Counted from the first letter of the stretch, positions 10,601 to 19,878 are shown. The stretch is DNA of 64,000 bases from Opitutales bacterium (GCA_049599475.1 JBMYOQ010000008.1:1-64000), one strand, 5' to 3'. Notes: generated by a model not told the origin, from the letters alone. Program-made: numbers and translations.

Positions 10601-13600
10601 GCTTACCTATTCGAACTCGATGAAGATCACTGGGTGGAGACGGGGATATTGGCCTCGGTGGATTCTGGGTCGACTGATCGATTCGGCTACAGTGTGGGGC
10701 TTTCGGGAAACAAGGGGGTAGTGGGAGCTGTATGGGACCATTATTCGGGGAGCGACTCTGGAAGTGTATATTTCATGGATTTTACAGAATATCCGAGGGT
10801 GAACTTCGAGCTGGGCGATCTGGGTGTCTGGGTTGGCGGTGGAGAGCTTGTTCAGCGGGTGGTATACGATGGTGCAGCTTTAGAGCCTGTTTTTAATGTA
10901 AGCGATACTTGGCAGTTTACAGAGTGGGATGCGTCGCTGGATAATATCACGGCGGATGTGACTATTACCGCTCAATACGAGCAGATCATATTTACTGTAG
11001 ACTTTGATCTGGGTGCCTATGGAACGCGCATCGGAGGTGGCGAACTGAGCCAGCAGGTGGACCGGGGCGACTCGGCTCTGGAACCTGAATTCGAGGTCGA
11101 ACCTGGCTGGGACTTTACCGGATGGGATTTGGATATCGATAATGTCACCGAAGATTTATTGGTCACGGCTCAATATGAACAAATCTACAATACTGTAGAC
11201 TTTGATCTAGGAGATTACGGAACACGAACTGGGGGCGGTGAACTAAGCCAGCAGATAGTATATGGAGGCGCTGCTTCTGAACCGGAATTGGAGGTGGATT
11301 CTGGGTGGTCGTTTGTCGGTTGGGATTCACCCTTTGATAATATTATTTCAGCTCAGACGATAACCGCATTGTACCGGGAAACCCATACTGTCACGTTTTC
11401 CGCTGGAAAAGTCGGACGCCGGATCGGAGGTGGGACTTTGACTCAGGAAATTCTGGATGGCGACGCGGCGAATGCACCCCTCATCGAAGCGGATGAAGGC
11501 TGGATTTTTACTGGATGGGATGTCCCGTTTGATAATATCACAGGCGACCTCTCGGTCACGGCGCAATATGAACCGGTGATTTTGACGGTAGACTTCGATC
11601 TGGGTGCCCAAGGGACTAGGACTGGAGGGGGCGAGTTATCGCAGCAGATTACCTATGGAAACGCTGCAGATGCACCAGAGTTTACTGTTGCCTCGGGCTG
11701 GGGATTTGTTGGTTGGGATCTTGCTTTTGAGAACGTGCAATCCGATCTCACGGTAACTGCTCAATACATTGAGCAATACACAGTTGTATTTGATATCGGA
11801 TCAGTCGGTACGTGGACCGGCGGGGGTGAGCTTTCGCAGGAGATTCAGCCGGGAGGCAGCGCTGAAGAGCCCGAGTTTGACGTGGGAGATGGCTGGTTGT
11901 TTGCGGGATGGGATACCTCTTTCGACTCGGTAAATGAGGATCTCACTGTGACGGCTCAGTTTATTTCGGGTTATGTCGTGGAATTTGATTTGGGCTCTTA
12001 CGGTAACCTTGTATCCGGAGATCTATTACAAACCTTAGCCGAAGGCTCTTCGGCAGCTGCACCCGAGTTCAGTGTTGCTCTGGGTTGGAGTCTCATAGGA
12101 TGGAGTGGAAGTTTTTCTGATATCAATTCCGATAAAGTAATCACTGCTCAGTATGCGGCGACGGACCTTGTGGCTGCAGTTGAAGAAGCAGGGCTTGTTC
12201 TCGGTGAGTCTGAGGGGGGCGCTTCTGACCGATTTGGGCAGTCTGTGAGCATTTGTGGCGACACTGCCGTAATCAGCGAGCACCTGGACGATAGTGGGAA
12301 TCCTAATCAGGGGAGTGTGTGGGTCTATGTCCGAGATGAATACGGGGGTTGGGTGCCGCAGCAAAAATTGACTGCAGACAATGGTTCCGCTGACGACGAA
12401 TTTGGCTTTTCCGCAGTGAGCATTAGTGGCGACACCATTGCTGTCGGTGCGCGTAAATATGACCATTCGGAAATTGGTGAAGATGTTGGTACTGTATATG
12501 TCTTTGTCCGGAATAACGGTGTCTGGGCTCAGGAAGCTCAGCTCTTCGCTCAAGATGTAGATGGTAGCAACATGGCGATCGGAGATTTCTTTGGCGTGGC
12601 GGTTGGGATCAGCGGAGATCATCTCATTGTCGGTGCAAGCAAGGCAGATGATCATGGCACTGATAGTGGCAGTGCCTATTTCTACAAGAGGGAGCAAGGG
12701 GCTTGGGAATTTGCTACGAAGGTAACTGCAGGCAATGTCGAAGGTGAGAGCGAGGCACGCTTTGGGCGCGGCGTAAGCATCAGCGGAGATACTGCTGTTG
12801 TCAGTATGCATAGGAGCGATGGTGACACTGGCAGTGCCTTTGTTTTTATATGCGATTCGGATGGAAACTGGAATCGCGAGGCCATAATTGCGGCGCCCCG
12901 TGGACAAGCTGGGGATCAATTCGGTCTACCGCTGAGTATAAGTGGGGATACGATAGCTGTTGCAGCGCGTTTAGAGGATAGCCGCTTTTATACAGATGTG
13001 GGGGCCGTTTATATTTTTAATCGATACGGTAATGTTTGGGTCGAAGATTCGAAAATTGAGGCAAGTGATGGAGGTGAAGGAGATCGCTTCGGGTCCGCTT
13101 TAGACTTGAGCGGGGATATTCTAGTGATTGGCGCGGAGCGCAGAAATAATTCTAAAGGGAGTGCCTATGTTTTCAGAAATCCTACTGGGTTTTGGGAATT
13201 TGATTCGATGCTGAGTCCTAATTCTGTAACCCTTTCTCAAGGTGATCAACTGGGAGCCTCTGTTTCTATTTGTGGCGATCTCGCAATCATCGGAGCAAAT
13301 GGAATTGATACGCCTGCGCCGGATAGTGGAGGGGCCTTTGTATTTGATCTTGGGGTACCTCCCATTACAGTCGAATTCGATCTGGGGGCTCTCGGAACTC
13401 GGTCCGGTGGTGGTGAGCTCTCTCAGACTATAAAATATGGAGAAAGCGCATCTACGCCTACTCTTAGCGTAGTGGATGGCTGGCAATTCGCAGGATGGGA
13501 TATTCCTTATCATAATGTTACTTCCGATCTTTCGGTGACTGCTCAGTATGTGAAGCTGCACACGGTCGTATTTGATATAGGCGATTACGGGACGCGAACG

Positions 13601-15919
13601 GGTGGTGGTGAGCTGAGCCAGGTCGTCGTGGATGGTGATGCTGCGTTAGAGCCCGAATTCTCGGTAACATCCGGTTGGCAGTTCGTTGGCTGGGATAGCG
13701 TTTTCGTTAGTATTGATACAGATATTACAGTGACCGCCGAGTATGTGAAATTGCACACGGTCGTTTTTGATATAGGCGATTACGGGACGCGGACCGGTGG
13801 TGGTGAGCTGAGCCAGATCGTGGAGGATGGTGATCCGGCGGTAGAGCCTATCATCGAGCTTGTGGATGGTTGGTATTTTGGAGATTGGGATCAATCATTC
13901 GATGTGGTTACAACTGATCTGACTGTGACCGCCTTTTATGTGGATAGATTGAGTTATTCTGTAACATTTGATCTAGGAATCCATGGAGCAGTCTTGTCCG
14001 GTGAATTGGGTCAATCGGTTCTTGCGGGCTCGGATGCGATCCCGCCGGAGTTTGCTGTGGCCGAAGGTTGGGCGTTCGTTGGCTGGGATCTAAGTTTTCA
14101 AAATATTCAGGCGGATATGAGTGTCACTGCGCAATACGTCCCAAGTGATTTGGTAGCCATCTTAGAAGAGAAAATCCTCGATGCCGATGGAGATGCGGAT
14201 GATCGATATGGGCGCTCTGTGGGCGTCAGTGGTGATACGGTTGTTGTCAGTGCTCATTTGGATGACGAAAACGCGAATAATAGTGGAGCTCTTGTGGTTT
14301 ATATCCGTGACGAGAACGGAGCCTGGAATGAGCAGGCAAAACTTCGAGCGAGCGACGCGGCTCTTGGTGATGAGCTGGGGAGGGCTCTGGCGATCGATGG
14401 CGATACCATCGTGGCTGGAGCATGGCTCGCTGATGCTTCGGGTGTCGATAGCGGAGCCGCTTATATTTTTGTTCGAGAAAACGGGGCATGGTTTGAGCAA
14501 GCGAAGCTCATTGGAAGCACAAGTCTCGGAGGAGATAAGTTTGGAGACGCTGTAGGCATCAGTGAAGATACTGTGGTAATTGGAGCTTGGCACGACGATA
14601 CGATGGGTAGTGGTGCCGGTGCTGTTTATGTTTTTGAACGCTTCTATGGTGTATGGGGTGAGACTACAAAGATCACTCCCGCAGATGGTGCTGCGGGGGA
14701 CAACTTTGGAATATCTGTAGCTGTTGATGGAGATGTTATTATCGCTGGAGCCAATGGCGTAGACGATGTTGCGTCGAATGCAGGGAGTGCATACATCTTC
14801 GAGCGCACGGATGATTCATGGGAGCGTAATATAAAGCTGGTACGCGCTGATGGTGCGCAAGGCGATCGTTTCGGTCGTTCGGTCGCAGTGAGTGGGGACA
14901 GCGTTCTTATCAGTATGCACTTTGATGATACAGAAGCCTTGGACCAAGGCAGTGCATACATCTATACAAGAAGCGGAGACACTTGGGCTGAGCAGCAGCG
15001 CTTGGTCGGAAGCGATGGTGCCGCAGGAGATGAGTTTGGATGGTCTTCGGTAAGCTTGAGTGGAGATATTGCGGTGATCGGGGCACGTCACGATGATGAT
15101 GCAGGAGACAGCAGTGGAAGCGCGTATGTCTTTCAGCGTCAGAACTCGAATTGGGTCGAGACCGCAAAACTTACAGCGAGTGATGCCGATTTGAATGATC
15201 AATTTGGGATAGGGGTAGCGGTTAATGGCGATATTGCGGTTGTGGGTGCAAACCTTGAGGATGCGGATGGCCTCGATAGTGGAAGTGCCTACATTTTCGA
15301 CCTAGGCACTCCGCCCGTATCCGTTGAATTCGATCTCGGTGACTATGCGATCCACGATGGAGGGGGTGCGTTGAGTCAAACGATCAAATTTGGAACAGAC
15401 GCAATCGAGCCTGCTTTGGTTGTCTCCGAAGGATGGCAATTCGTAGGCTGGAATGAAGCCTTCGAGATGGTTGAGCAAGATATCACGGTGTCGGCGATAT
15501 ACACAGGTGATACCGTGGATTTGGATGAGGACGGTGTTTATGATTTTTGGGAGCGCATTAATTTCGGAAATATTACTGTGACGGACGGTGTCATTGATAG
15601 TGATGGCGACGGGCGTCTCGACGCCGAAGAGTTCAAGTCTGGATCCGATCCATTGGATAGGAGTAGCTTCTTCCGTATTCTGGGCTTTTCTGGCGATGAT
15701 GAAGTGAGCCATGTAACCATTGAATTCACCAGTGGGACCGAGGTCGTTAACCGGCGATATCGTATTCTCTACAAAGCTTCACTGACAGATCCTACTTGGC
15801 TCGAGCTTGCCCCTGGGGTTTTTGAGCCGGATGCTGGAGACTCGACAACTAGAAGCTTCCCGAACCCTGTCTCTAACGGCAATGGGTTCTTCATTGTGGA
15901 AGGAATTATCCTCGAGTAA
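7691..15919 (+). CDS. Giant secreted FG-GAP beta-propeller / B-repeat-like surface protein (putative adhesin)
   Basis: Signal peptide (start may be ATG 7736); 28 FG-GAP repeats in four groups of 7; 12 ~65-aa VxFDLG..G...GGGEL.Q...GW repeats; C-terminal DxDxDG motifs. Confidence 0.85.
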   Translation: MSSSQLLHSLFRPPKMKIYFARFFSARVTNCLFLACLTVSLSAIPESWGADVDYPYEATGYDSLDSEARHSLADAISEARRLIRPLTEQQRMLPENKKARFLASNPRNELNVRFLDTGIRLFSGREGSEWQGELSLKGNKEAVEIRHQDLEISYDYGNIIEWYKNRPEGIEQGWTVKAPPAGSEGVLRVYIDVAGLTVEPLYGRKEGSSDLQFVDTNGVPVLAYKNLSVFDAFGRELVAQMRPLNEGFEVLVEANVLSYPVIIDPLIVELDEEFGPTFSEAASGDNFGTSVGISGDVAIVGAPKDDDNGNNAGAAFMFSKENGSWAFRQKLLASDGNAGDRFGSAVSIEGNTAAVGAPLGGIGKVYVFEMVNRRWAGEVILDGWSENVFSGGGFGCSLSISGDRILVGAKSVYFQNSSYQGAAYIFEHIESAWVFADELLPTTSQLFPEDFGTSVSLDGDTALVGSSRDSHGRSAGFVFGRGGDSWNLNSVLIMVDEEPSDRVGASVALDGDIAILGAPGDDTNGGIDAGSAVVFERSGNTWTQTKKLKADNARNYDAFGSSVSVRGNVAIIGSPLNDINGVGEDAGSAYIFEKSGNSWEQKTNLKGIGAGDEFGRSVFLDDYNQGIVGAKYNDDFGSNAGSAYIYSGSGNSWTEDAALSAQNLASDDQFGEALSISGDTLVVGAEDDDDNGADAGAAYVFHLNSGEWELQAKLLAEDGAAGDNFGAAVSVDGVRILVGSPDDDYNGFTNTGSVFSFVSSGAIWSREAVFRGSSFLSDNRYFGTAVSLDGNYALIGSRSDVDSPDGSASVFVSDGNGAWSFLEKLIPSDLESGDSYGSSLALDEDTAFIAAFADSGNGQGANSGSVHVYDRTGSSWNHNAKLMPSDGNRDGSFGISIGLQGDLAVIGASGADVGGNKRGQAYIFTRVSGDWNESSKLSASDGADNDDFGRAVALDGDKVFVGVGGLGPGKAYLFELDEDHWVETGILASVDSGSTDRFGYSVGLSGNKGVVGAVWDHYSGSDSGSVYFMDFTEYPRVNFELGDLGVWVGGGELVQRVVYDGAALEPVFNVSDTWQFTEWDASLDNITADVTITAQYEQIIFTVDFDLGAYGTRIGGGELSQQVDRGDSALEPEFEVEPGWDFTGWDLDIDNVTEDLLVTAQYEQIYNTVDFDLGDYGTRTGGGELSQQIVYGGAASEPELEVDSGWSFVGWDSPFDNIISAQTITALYRETHTVTFSAGKVGRRIGGGTLTQEILDGDAANAPLIEADEGWIFTGWDVPFDNITGDLSVTAQYEPVILTVDFDLGAQGTRTGGGELSQQITYGNAADAPEFTVASGWGFVGWDLAFENVQSDLTVTAQYIEQYTVVFDIGSVGTWTGGGELSQEIQPGGSAEEPEFDVGDGWLFAGWDTSFDSVNEDLTVTAQFISGYVVEFDLGSYGNLVSGDLLQTLAEGSSAAAPEFSVALGWSLIGWSGSFSDINSDKVITAQYAATDLVAAVEEAGLVLGESEGGASDRFGQSVSICGDTAVISEHLDDSGNPNQGSVWVYVRDEYGGWVPQQKLTADNGSADDEFGFSAVSISGDTIAVGARKYDHSEIGEDVGTVYVFVRNNGVWAQEAQLFAQDVDGSNMAIGDFFGVAVGISGDHLIVGASKADDHGTDSGSAYFYKREQGAWEFATKVTAGNVEGESEARFGRGVSISGDTAVVSMHRSDGDTGSAFVFICDSDGNWNREAIIAAPRGQAGDQFGLPLSISGDTIAVAARLEDSRFYTDVGAVYIFNRYGNVWVEDSKIEASDGGEGDRFGSALDLSGDILVIGAERRNNSKGSAYVFRNPTGFWEFDSMLSPNSVTLSQGDQLGASVSICGDLAIIGANGIDTPAPDSGGAFVFDLGVPPITVEFDLGALGTRSGGGELSQTIKYGESASTPTLSVVDGWQFAGWDIPYHNVTSDLSVTAQYVKLHTVVFDIGDYGTRTGGGELSQVVVDGDAALEPEFSVTSGWQFVGWDSVFVSIDTDITVTAEYVKLHTVVFDIGDYGTRTGGGELSQIVEDGDPAVEPIIELVDGWYFGDWDQSFDVVTTDLTVTAFYVDRLSYSVTFDLGIHGAVLSGELGQSVLAGSDAIPPEFAVAEGWAFVGWDLSFQNIQADMSVTAQYVPSDLVAILEEKILDADGDADDRYGRSVGVSGDTVVVSAHLDDENANNSGALVVYIRDENGAWNEQAKLRASDAALGDELGRALAIDGDTIVAGAWLADASGVDSGAAYIFVRENGAWFEQAKLIGSTSLGGDKFGDAVGISEDTVVIGAWHDDTMGSGAGAVYVFERFYGVWGETTKITPADGAAGDNFGISVAVDGDVIIAGANGVDDVASNAGSAYIFERTDDSWERNIKLVRADGAQGDRFGRSVAVSGDSVLISMHFDDTEALDQGSAYIYTRSGDTWAEQQRLVGSDGAAGDEFGWSSVSLSGDIAVIGARHDDDAGDSSGSAYVFQRQNSNWVETAKLTASDADLNDQFGIGVAVNGDIAVVGANLEDADGLDSGSAYIFDLGTPPVSVEFDLGDYAIHDGGGALSQTIKFGTDAIEPALVVSEGWQFVGWNEAFEMVEQDITVSAIYTGDTVDLDEDGVYDFWERINFGNITVTDGVIDSDGDGRLDAEEFKSGSDPLDRSSFFRILGFSGDDEVSHVTIEFTSGTEVVNRRYRILYKASLTDPTWLELAPGVFEPDAGDSTTRSFPNPVSNGNGFFIVEGIILE

Positions 15920-16189
15920 CGGACGACGGGGAGGAAACGATCACTCCAGTGATTGAGTCATAGAGGTAGGTTTTCTCTTCGAAGGCTGGGTAAATAGGGT
16001 GGCGAGGGATTTAATGCTTTTGGTTGGGCGACAATGGGCTGCGAAATGTGGAGGCATTTGGATGAAACCCTATATGTGAGGTCAGGATTCGTTAAGTTGG
16101 ATCGTGTTGGATATAAATCGTATCGAACAACACACGGTCGGGTGTGTCGCTTCGAAAGTATGACCTCTAAAATCCCCCTCATTTCCTCT

Positions 16190-16969
16190 ATGAAAAATAT
16201 ACCTATGGTGGCTCTCGCCATATTGCTTGGCTCGAGAGTGTCTCATGCTGAATACCAGCAGTTATCCAATGAATCGGGTGCTGTCATTGAAGTTAAGCTG
16301 ATTGAGCTAAAGAACGATCAGCAACATGTCATGATTGAACTCCGTGGCGGGAGAGTGATGAAGGCCGCGCTTGAGTTCTTTTCCCAGGAAAGCCAAGAGT
16401 TGATCAAAGCGTGGTCGGCTGAACAGAAAGCCCAGAAAAGTATCCTCTCCAACGCCTCTGCAATCGAAGTAGACCTCCAGTATAAGCCACGGTCGATGAA
16501 TACGGACGATCTCGATATGAGAACATGGAGGCGATATGACCGTGAGTATTACAAGCCGGAAGTACGTATTAAAAACAAGCGGTTTGATGACTACATGGGG
16601 AACCGGGTGATTGCCGCGGTATTTGCCAAACCTCACAAGCATCAAAGCCAGGTGCTGGTCACCTCAGTATTGAATAAAACGATAGATTTCCCGAAAAGTG
16701 ATTCTATCACCCTTAAACTCGACGAGTTCGAATTATCCGATGCGATCATGAATGATTCGACGCGCCATGGGTATGAGATCGATGGGTTCGCAATCGTGAT
16801 CAAGAACTCCAAGGGCGAGACTATTTATAAGAGAGGTTCGAAGCGCAAATGGGAGGATGCCTTAGATGATTTGGATAGATTGAAATCAGGTCAGTGCTAC
16901 AACGCCAACCTGTCCCAGCGAGAAGACAACCGCACCTTCTACGCCTATTTTAAATCGAGTCCGCTATAG
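16190..16969 (+). CDS. Secreted hypothetical protein with SHD1-like N-terminal domain
   Basis: Signal peptide; L.NESG..IEVKL...FSQESQELIKAW resembles the SHD1 pattern; ATG 16190 preferred over 16034. Confidence 0.55.
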   Translation: MKNIPMVALAILLGSRVSHAEYQQLSNESGAVIEVKLIELKNDQQHVMIELRGGRVMKAALEFFSQESQELIKAWSAEQKAQKSILSNASAIEVDLQYKPRSMNTDDLDMRTWRRYDREYYKPEVRIKNKRFDDYMGNRVIAAVFAKPHKHQSQVLVTSVLNKTIDFPKSDSITLKLDEFELSDAIMNDSTRHGYEIDGFAIVIKNSKGETIYKRGSKRKWEDALDDLDRLKSGQCYNANLSQREDNRTFYAYFKSSPL

Positions 16970-17048
16970 TTGTAGCGGCGGCACTCTGTTGCCGCGCTAT
17001 TGAGCATGCTTAAGTGCTGGCGCCCCAGCTGAGTGGGGCGGCTACAAC
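16969..17048. repeat. GTAG-type REP doublet
   Basis: GTTGTAGC...GCTACAAC termini; each arm has GTAG followed by a GC-rich hairpin (GCGGCA/TGCCGC; GCCCCA/TGGGGC); lies between convergent genes. Confidence 0.6.
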
Positions 17049-17136
17049 GAATATCAATTATAGCAAGCGCGCCAAGGTCTGCAGTGTGTTCTGGCCCGTG
17101 CTCTCCGGGACGGTTCGCCCTGTAAAATCTCGTGAT

Positions 17137-19878
17137 CTACTCCTCGCAGATTACGAGGTGCAGGCTGTCGAGCCGAATGCGCGTTTCGCTCAATGCGCTG
17201 TCGAGGGCGAGCTGATGTGCGGCAAGAGATTGTATTTCTTCTTCACCTACATCGGGATTGAGTCGAGTAAGGTTGCTTAGGCGTGTGATCTCCGCCTTGA
17301 GTTCCGTTTTCATGTCGATGCGCGCTTCTTCGACCATGGAGTCTGCGATTTCTTTGGCTTCAATCTCTGCGGATTTGGACATGCGTTTGATGAGGCCTTT
17401 AATCGCTGAATTGCTCAGCATTTGATCGGTGTCTGGGTCGCGGTCGAGTTCGGCATCTGCGAGGTCGGGCATTTCGATACTGTGCCCGCGATGGTTAATC
17501 CACAGGTTTATGGGTGTGATGGGCAGGTAGCGATCGATGTGAAGATCTTTGGGCGCCACGCATTCCACGAGGGCGGTGGCTTGGAGATAAATTCCAGGCT
17601 CTTCTGCTTCTTTGAAAACCGAAATGGCGGTATTCCCTTTTTCACTACTTACGAGGCTGTCCAGCGCGCTGCGCAGGAGCGGGTGGTCTGTGGTGAAGAA
17701 ATGCACATCTTCACGGCTTAGCGCATCCTTACGCTCGAAGGTGGCCATCATACCCTCTGGATCGAGGCCGGGCAGGGTGTCGACGTGTCCGTACTCGGGT
17801 TTGAAGATATAGCGTCGATCGCCCAAGTCCTCCACACGCACGCCTACGAATTCCATGAGCGAAACGTAGAAATCTTCGAAATTTTTATCAGCGTCGCTAT
17901 CTGCGATCTCATTTCTCAGGGCTCCACTCTCGCCTGCTTTGAAAGAGTTGCGAGCGAGCAGGCGCAGGTAACCTTTTTCCAATTGTTCGCCCAGTTCTTC
18001 ACGGAGGGTTGCGGCGGCCTCTATGACATTGTCGAGCTTGTCTGCCTTGAACTTTTCACTGAGAGATTGAAGGTCGTCCTCAAAGGCACTGGCGAGTCGA
18101 AGGGCCGTGGGGACTGGGCCATCAAAGGCGCCTACACCTTCTTTGTAAAACTGCGCCCAAACCTGCTCGGCAGACTTCTCGATATAGGGAACGTGTATTT
18201 TGATGGTCTCAGTTTGGCCGATACGGTCTAGGCGTCCTATCCGCTGCTCGACGAGTTCTGGATTCTCGGGTAGGTCCCAAAGAATCAGGTGATGAGCAAA
18301 TTGGAAATTGCGGCCTTCGCTGCCGATCTCTGAACAGATGAGTAGGCGGGCGCCCTCCGGATCTGAAAAGTAGGCGGCCTGACGGTCGCGTTGGAGCAGG
18401 GTGAGGCCTTCGTGGAACTGGCCTAGATTTATATTAATCTGCTCTTGGATAGTCTTGGCTAATTTTTCAACGAGTGGTTTCGTCTTGCAAATGAGGAGGG
18501 CTTTGGACTCCGGGTTGGCTTTCAACCAATCTACCAGCCATTCGAGCTTTGTATCAAAGAATAGACTCTTTTTTCCGGTGTTCTCTAAAGGGTAGAGATA
18601 GGGCTCGCGCACAGGGAATCCGCTCAGGGCTTTCCGTGTATTGCGAAACATGACACGCCCAGGGCCAAAGCTGTCGATCATATCCGCTGCAAGCTCTTCG
18701 CGATCTGCGGAAGACAGGGACTTCTTTTTCGAATACGTTTCGTGGAGATATGGGGAGCTTTGCTTGATGGTTGTCCAGTCAGCTTTTTTCAAAGTATCGC
18801 CAGATTCAATACGATCTACCAATTCGGCGGCCTCGGTATAGTGCTCGCTCTCTGCGGCAAATGTATCGAGATCGTTGTAGCGAACTGGATCGAGGAGACG
18901 TAGGCGGGCAAAGTGTCCCTCGGGGCCAAGCTGTTGCGGAGTCGCTGTGAGGAGCAGTACCGACGGTATCTGCTTTGCCAGAGCTTCTACTGCTTTGTAC
19001 GCGATGCTGGCTTTGTCGGGTGTCCATTCAAGGTGATGAGCCTCGTCGACGATGAGGAGGTCCCATTCGACTTCAAGGACCTGGGCAAAGCGCTCTGTTG
19101 CTTCGGTGAGGTAGTCCAGGCTGACGCAAATAATTTGGCTATCCAGAAAGGGGTTTGTCTCGGGTGCAGATGCCTCGATTGCCTTGCAGCGCTCTTCGTC
19201 GAAGAGGCTCGCCATCAAATTGAAGCGGCGCATGAGCTCGATGAACCACTGGTGCATGAGCGATTCTGGCAGCACGATCAGGGTGCGCTCGGCTCGACCC
19301 GTGAGGTGGAGACGGTGAAGAATGAGACAGGCCTCGATGGTCTTTCCCAACCCGACTTCGTCTGCGAGCAAAACGCGGGGTTTTAAGCGGCTGCTGACTT
19401 CTTGGGCAATGTAGAGCTGGTGTTCGATAAGATCGATACGGCCTCCAGTGAATCCACGGTTGGGCGCCTTGCGGATCTTCGATTGCCATTCGAGAGCTTC
19501 ATTGCGGATCTGGAAAAGGTAGGCCTCGTCGAACTGTCCACCTTGCAGGCGGTCGACGGGTGAGGAGAAGCTAATGGTGTCGGCGAGAGCCGCTTCCGGG
19601 ATCCAGGTGCCGTCGACTTGATAGTTCAGGAACCCGCCTTCTTCTTTGACGTCCTCGACGGTGCCGGAAACGCCTTCGTGTGTTTTGATCGTATCGCCCA
19701 CCTCGAAGGCGACGCGACGGACCGGTGCACTTTCGAGTGCGTATTCACGGCGCTCCTCGGCAGCTGGAAAAAGTATAGCAACGCGCCCGTAGCCTGCGCT
19801 CATGACGACACCGAGTCCGAGTTCTGGCTCGGCATCGCTTACCCATCGTTGTCCTGGCTTAATGTCCTTAGGATCCAT
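17137..19878 (-). CDS. rapA: RNA polymerase-associated SWI2/SNF2 ATPase RapA (HepA)
   Basis: GQRWVSDAEPELGLG N-terminus, LLADEVGLGKTIEA, VDEAHH, LLLTATP, SEIGSEGRNFQFA, EQRIGRLDRIGQ. Confidence 0.93.
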   Translation of the reverse strand: MDPKDIKPGQRWVSDAEPELGLGVVMSAGYGRVAILFPAAEERREYALESAPVRRVAFEVGDTIKTHEGVSGTVEDVKEEGGFLNYQVDGTWIPEAALADTISFSSPVDRLQGGQFDEAYLFQIRNEALEWQSKIRKAPNRGFTGGRIDLIEHQLYIAQEVSSRLKPRVLLADEVGLGKTIEACLILHRLHLTGRAERTLIVLPESLMHQWFIELMRRFNLMASLFDEERCKAIEASAPETNPFLDSQIICVSLDYLTEATERFAQVLEVEWDLLIVDEAHHLEWTPDKASIAYKAVEALAKQIPSVLLLTATPQQLGPEGHFARLRLLDPVRYNDLDTFAAESEHYTEAAELVDRIESGDTLKKADWTTIKQSSPYLHETYSKKKSLSSADREELAADMIDSFGPGRVMFRNTRKALSGFPVREPYLYPLENTGKKSLFFDTKLEWLVDWLKANPESKALLICKTKPLVEKLAKTIQEQININLGQFHEGLTLLQRDRQAAYFSDPEGARLLICSEIGSEGRNFQFAHHLILWDLPENPELVEQRIGRLDRIGQTETIKIHVPYIEKSAEQVWAQFYKEGVGAFDGPVPTALRLASAFEDDLQSLSEKFKADKLDNVIEAAATLREELGEQLEKGYLRLLARNSFKAGESGALRNEIADSDADKNFEDFYVSLMEFVGVRVEDLGDRRYIFKPEYGHVDTLPGLDPEGMMATFERKDALSREDVHFFTTDHPLLRSALDSLVSSEKGNTAISVFKEAEEPGIYLQATALVECVAPKDLHIDRYLPITPINLWINHRGHSIEMPDLADAELDRDPDTDQMLSNSAIKGLIKRMSKSAEIEAKEIADSMVEEARIDMKTELKAEITRLSNLTRLNPDVGEEEIQSLAAHQLALDSALSETRIRLDSLHLVICEE

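Noticed and set aside
12035..12919. 294-aa minus-strand ORF and other antisense ORFs in the adhesin gene
   Set aside because: Entirely within the well-supported FG-GAP gene; no recognisable motifs
10790..14140. Regularly spaced repeats resembling a CRISPR array or DGR template/variable repeats
   Set aside because: In-frame protein-domain repeats with ~195-200 nt period; differences are not adenine-specific; no cas or reverse transcriptase gene in the window
17137..19878. SNF2 helicase as part of a defence system (e.g. DISARM DrmD)
   Set aside because: Full RapA-specific N- and C-terminal motifs; no methylase or other defence genes nearby
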